DNA of 63,959 nt, counting the filler, from Vicugna vicugna (taxonomy: Eukaryota), in NCBI GenBank assembly GCA_013265495.1. It is 74 parts of 74 records of this genome, joined end to end, with 100 filler letters (N's around TTAATTAATTAA, not from the genome) between each part and the next. Parts side by side here need not be neighbours in the genome. Positions count along the whole stretch, not along the records: positions 61,937 to 62,825 come from PNXW01031188.1; positions 62,926 to 63,793 come from MU063809.1; positions 63,894 to 63,959 come from MU063866.1; 71 more parts are not named here. One strand, given 5' to 3'. Numbering within the stretch: the stretch's first letter is position 1; each line of letters opens with the position of its first letter. The notes beneath the pieces are model-generated. The model was given only the letters and a program-made list of their open reading frames with translations. It was not told where the DNA came from and ran no database searches. Positions 61,937 through 63,959 of the stretch are shown here, one piece after another. The translations under genes and the position numbers were made by a program.

Positions 61937-62825
61937 ACGTTCGTTCATCCCGCACAAAGGGATCGTGTTGTAGGAGAAACACTTACTCTTAATTCTCAGT
62001 CTGTTTCCTAGTGCCGGGAGGAAGTTCCTGCGTTTTGCACTGTAAAACCGAGTTGGAACTTGTTCCTCCCCATATATATGTATGGAATGGAGTTTGCAAT
62101 TGACAAGAAACTTTGTGTTCCCTTCAAGCTAGGTGAAGGATGACTTTCACACTCATTTATCTCTCAGATATAAGCATGTGGAGAGACGTTCGTTCATCCA
62201 GCACAAAGGGAACAGGTTGCAAGAGAAATACATACTCTGGTTTCTCAGTCTATTTCCTAGTGTCGGTTGGAAGTTCCTGCGGTTTCCACTGTAAATCCGT
62301 GTTGAAGTTAGTTCCTCCCCATATATATGTAAGACTGGAGTTCGGAATAGAAAATTGGTGTTCCATTCAAGTTAGGTGAAGGACGGCTTTAACTCACACT
62401 TATCTCTCAGAACTGAGCTTGTGTAGAGACGTTCATTCATCCAGCACAAAGGGAATGGGATGCAGGTGAAACAATTACTCTGGTTTCTCAATCTATTTCC
62501 TAGTGCCGGCTTGAAGTTCCTACGATTTACACTGTAAAACCGAGTTGCAACTTGTACCTCCCCATATATATGTAAGGACTGGAGTTCGCAACTGAATAGA
62601 AAATTGGTGTTCCATTCAAGTTAGGTGAAGGACGGCTTTAACTCACACTTATCTCTCAGAACTGAGCATGTGTAGAGACGTTCATTCATCCAGCACAAAG
62701 GGAACGGGTTGTAGGAGAAACAGTTACACTGGATTCTCAGTCTGTTTCCTAGTGCCTGTTTGTACATCCTGCAGTTTGCATGTAAAACCGAGTTGCAACT
62801 TGTACCTCCCCATATATATGTATGG
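61937..62825 (-). repeat. Satellite E, ~3.6 ungapped monomers
   Basis: ACGTTC.TTCATCC at 61937, 62186, 62429 and 62678 (periods 249, 243, 249). Confidence 0.95.
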
Positions 62826-62925
62826 NNNNNNNNNNNNNNNNNNNNNNNNNNNNNNNNNNNNNNNNNNNNTTAATTAATTAANNNNNNNNNNNNNNNNNNN
62901 NNNNNNNNNNNNNNNNNNNNNNNNN

Positions 62926-63793
62926 GAATATCATGTAAATGGAATCTATTCAAATTACATATCCCTAGGTTAAAATTCGGTCCAAGAGGCTTTTTCTGGG
63001 ATCAAAGTGTGATTCTTGAAACTGGTGCTAGGAAGAAGCTACGAAGTCAAAGTAAATATTTCAGAGTGCATAGGTAACTTGTTTGGTGGTTGAAACATCA
63101 GTCATGCGCATGTTCACAACTCAGAAATGCATGTTTGAAGAATCCGTGATGCNNNNNNNNNNNNNNNNNNNNNNNNNNNNNNNNNNNNNNNNNNNNNNNN
63201 NNNNNNNNNNNNNNNNNNNNNNNNNNNNNNNNNNNNNNNNNNNNNNNNNNNNNNNNNNNNNNNNNNNNNNNNNNNNNNNNNNNNNNNNNNNNNNNNNNNN
63301 NNNNNNNNNNNNNNNNNNNNNNNNNNNNNNNNNNNNNNNNNNNNNNNNNNNNNNNNNNNNNNNNNNNNNNNNNNNNNNNNNNNNNNNNNNNNNNNNNNNN
63401 NNNNNNNNNNNNNNNNNNNNNNNNNNNNNNNNNNNNNNNNNNNNNNNNNNNNNNNNNNNNNNNNNNNNNNNNNNNNNNNNNNNNNNNNNNNNNNNNNNNN
63501 NNNNNNNNNNNNNNNNNNNNNNNNNNNNNNNNNNNNNNNNNNNNNNNNNNNNNNNNNNNNNNNNNNNNNNNNNNNNNNNNNNNNNNNNNNNNNAAAATTT
63601 GTACACGTGTCTAGATGAAATTATTCCGTTTATAGAGGATGAAAGATTAGTAATCCACATGCTCTCAACTCAAAATGCATGTTTGTCAAATCCGTCATGT
63701 ATGTAGCATGTAAGGAACACGGAATAACATGTAGATGGAATGTATTCCAATTACATATCTCTAAGGAAGAATTCGCTCCAAGAGGTTTTTTGT
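62926..63793 (+). repeat. Satellite C
   Basis: Matches 46600-46820 and 35700-35900. Confidence 0.92.
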
Positions 63794-63893
63794 NNNNNNN
63801 NNNNNNNNNNNNNNNNNNNNNNNNNNNNNNNNNNNNNTTAATTAATTAANNNNNNNNNNNNNNNNNNNNNNNNNNNNNNNNNNNNNNNNNNNN

Positions 63894-63959
63894 TATTCTA
63901 TTTTCTTTATAATATGTTCTACAATCTATATTCTAAATTCTATATTCAGTATTCTTTAT
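63894..63959 (-). repeat. Satellite D (window edge)
   Basis: ATATTCT heptamers. Confidence 0.85.

Noticed and set aside
1633..63849. Regularly recurring TTAATTAATTAA as a CRISPR-like or regulatory repeat
   Set aside because: Always flanked by 44 Ns on each side. It is a synthetic six-frame-stop linker, and there are no cas genes or prokaryotic content.

Overview
This window is not contiguous genomic DNA. It is about 74 short unplaced scaffolds (roughly 0.25-1.6 kb, many with internal N gaps) joined by an artificial 100-bp spacer, N44-TTAATTAATTAA-N44, so adjacency across spacers has no biological meaning. The content is mammalian, most likely camelid: a tRNA-derived SINE at 12616 resembles the camelid vic-1 SINE, and there are artiodactyl-type L1 3' ends and a 267-bp satellite. 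About half of the scaffolds are tandem repeats in five families that I label A-E. A is a GC/CpG-rich homogeneous 267-bp monomer. B is a diverged, ordered (higher-order) relative of A. C is an AT-rich trimer of ~247-bp subunits. E is a homogeneous ~249-bp monomer homologous to C. D is built from AGAATAT heptamers with a 63-bp superunit. The rest is L1/L2/MIR/LTR/MER20 debris and unique DNA. That unique DNA holds three recognisable gene relics: two exons plus an intron of a disabled otoferlin (OTOF) copy, one disabled anoctamin-6 (ANO6) exon, and a germline TCR-alpha V segment with an intact 23-bp-spacer RSS but a frameshift. No intact protein-coding gene is supported, and almost all listed ORFs are artefacts of N runs or satellites. 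I found no convincing new biological system. The best leads are the unprocessed OTOF/ANO6 relics and the paired satellite architecture. All identifications are by eye and from memory, with no database search. Satellite strands are relative: '+' means the orientation of 1-1588 for A/B, of 35162-36098 for C/E, and the AGAATAT strand for D.
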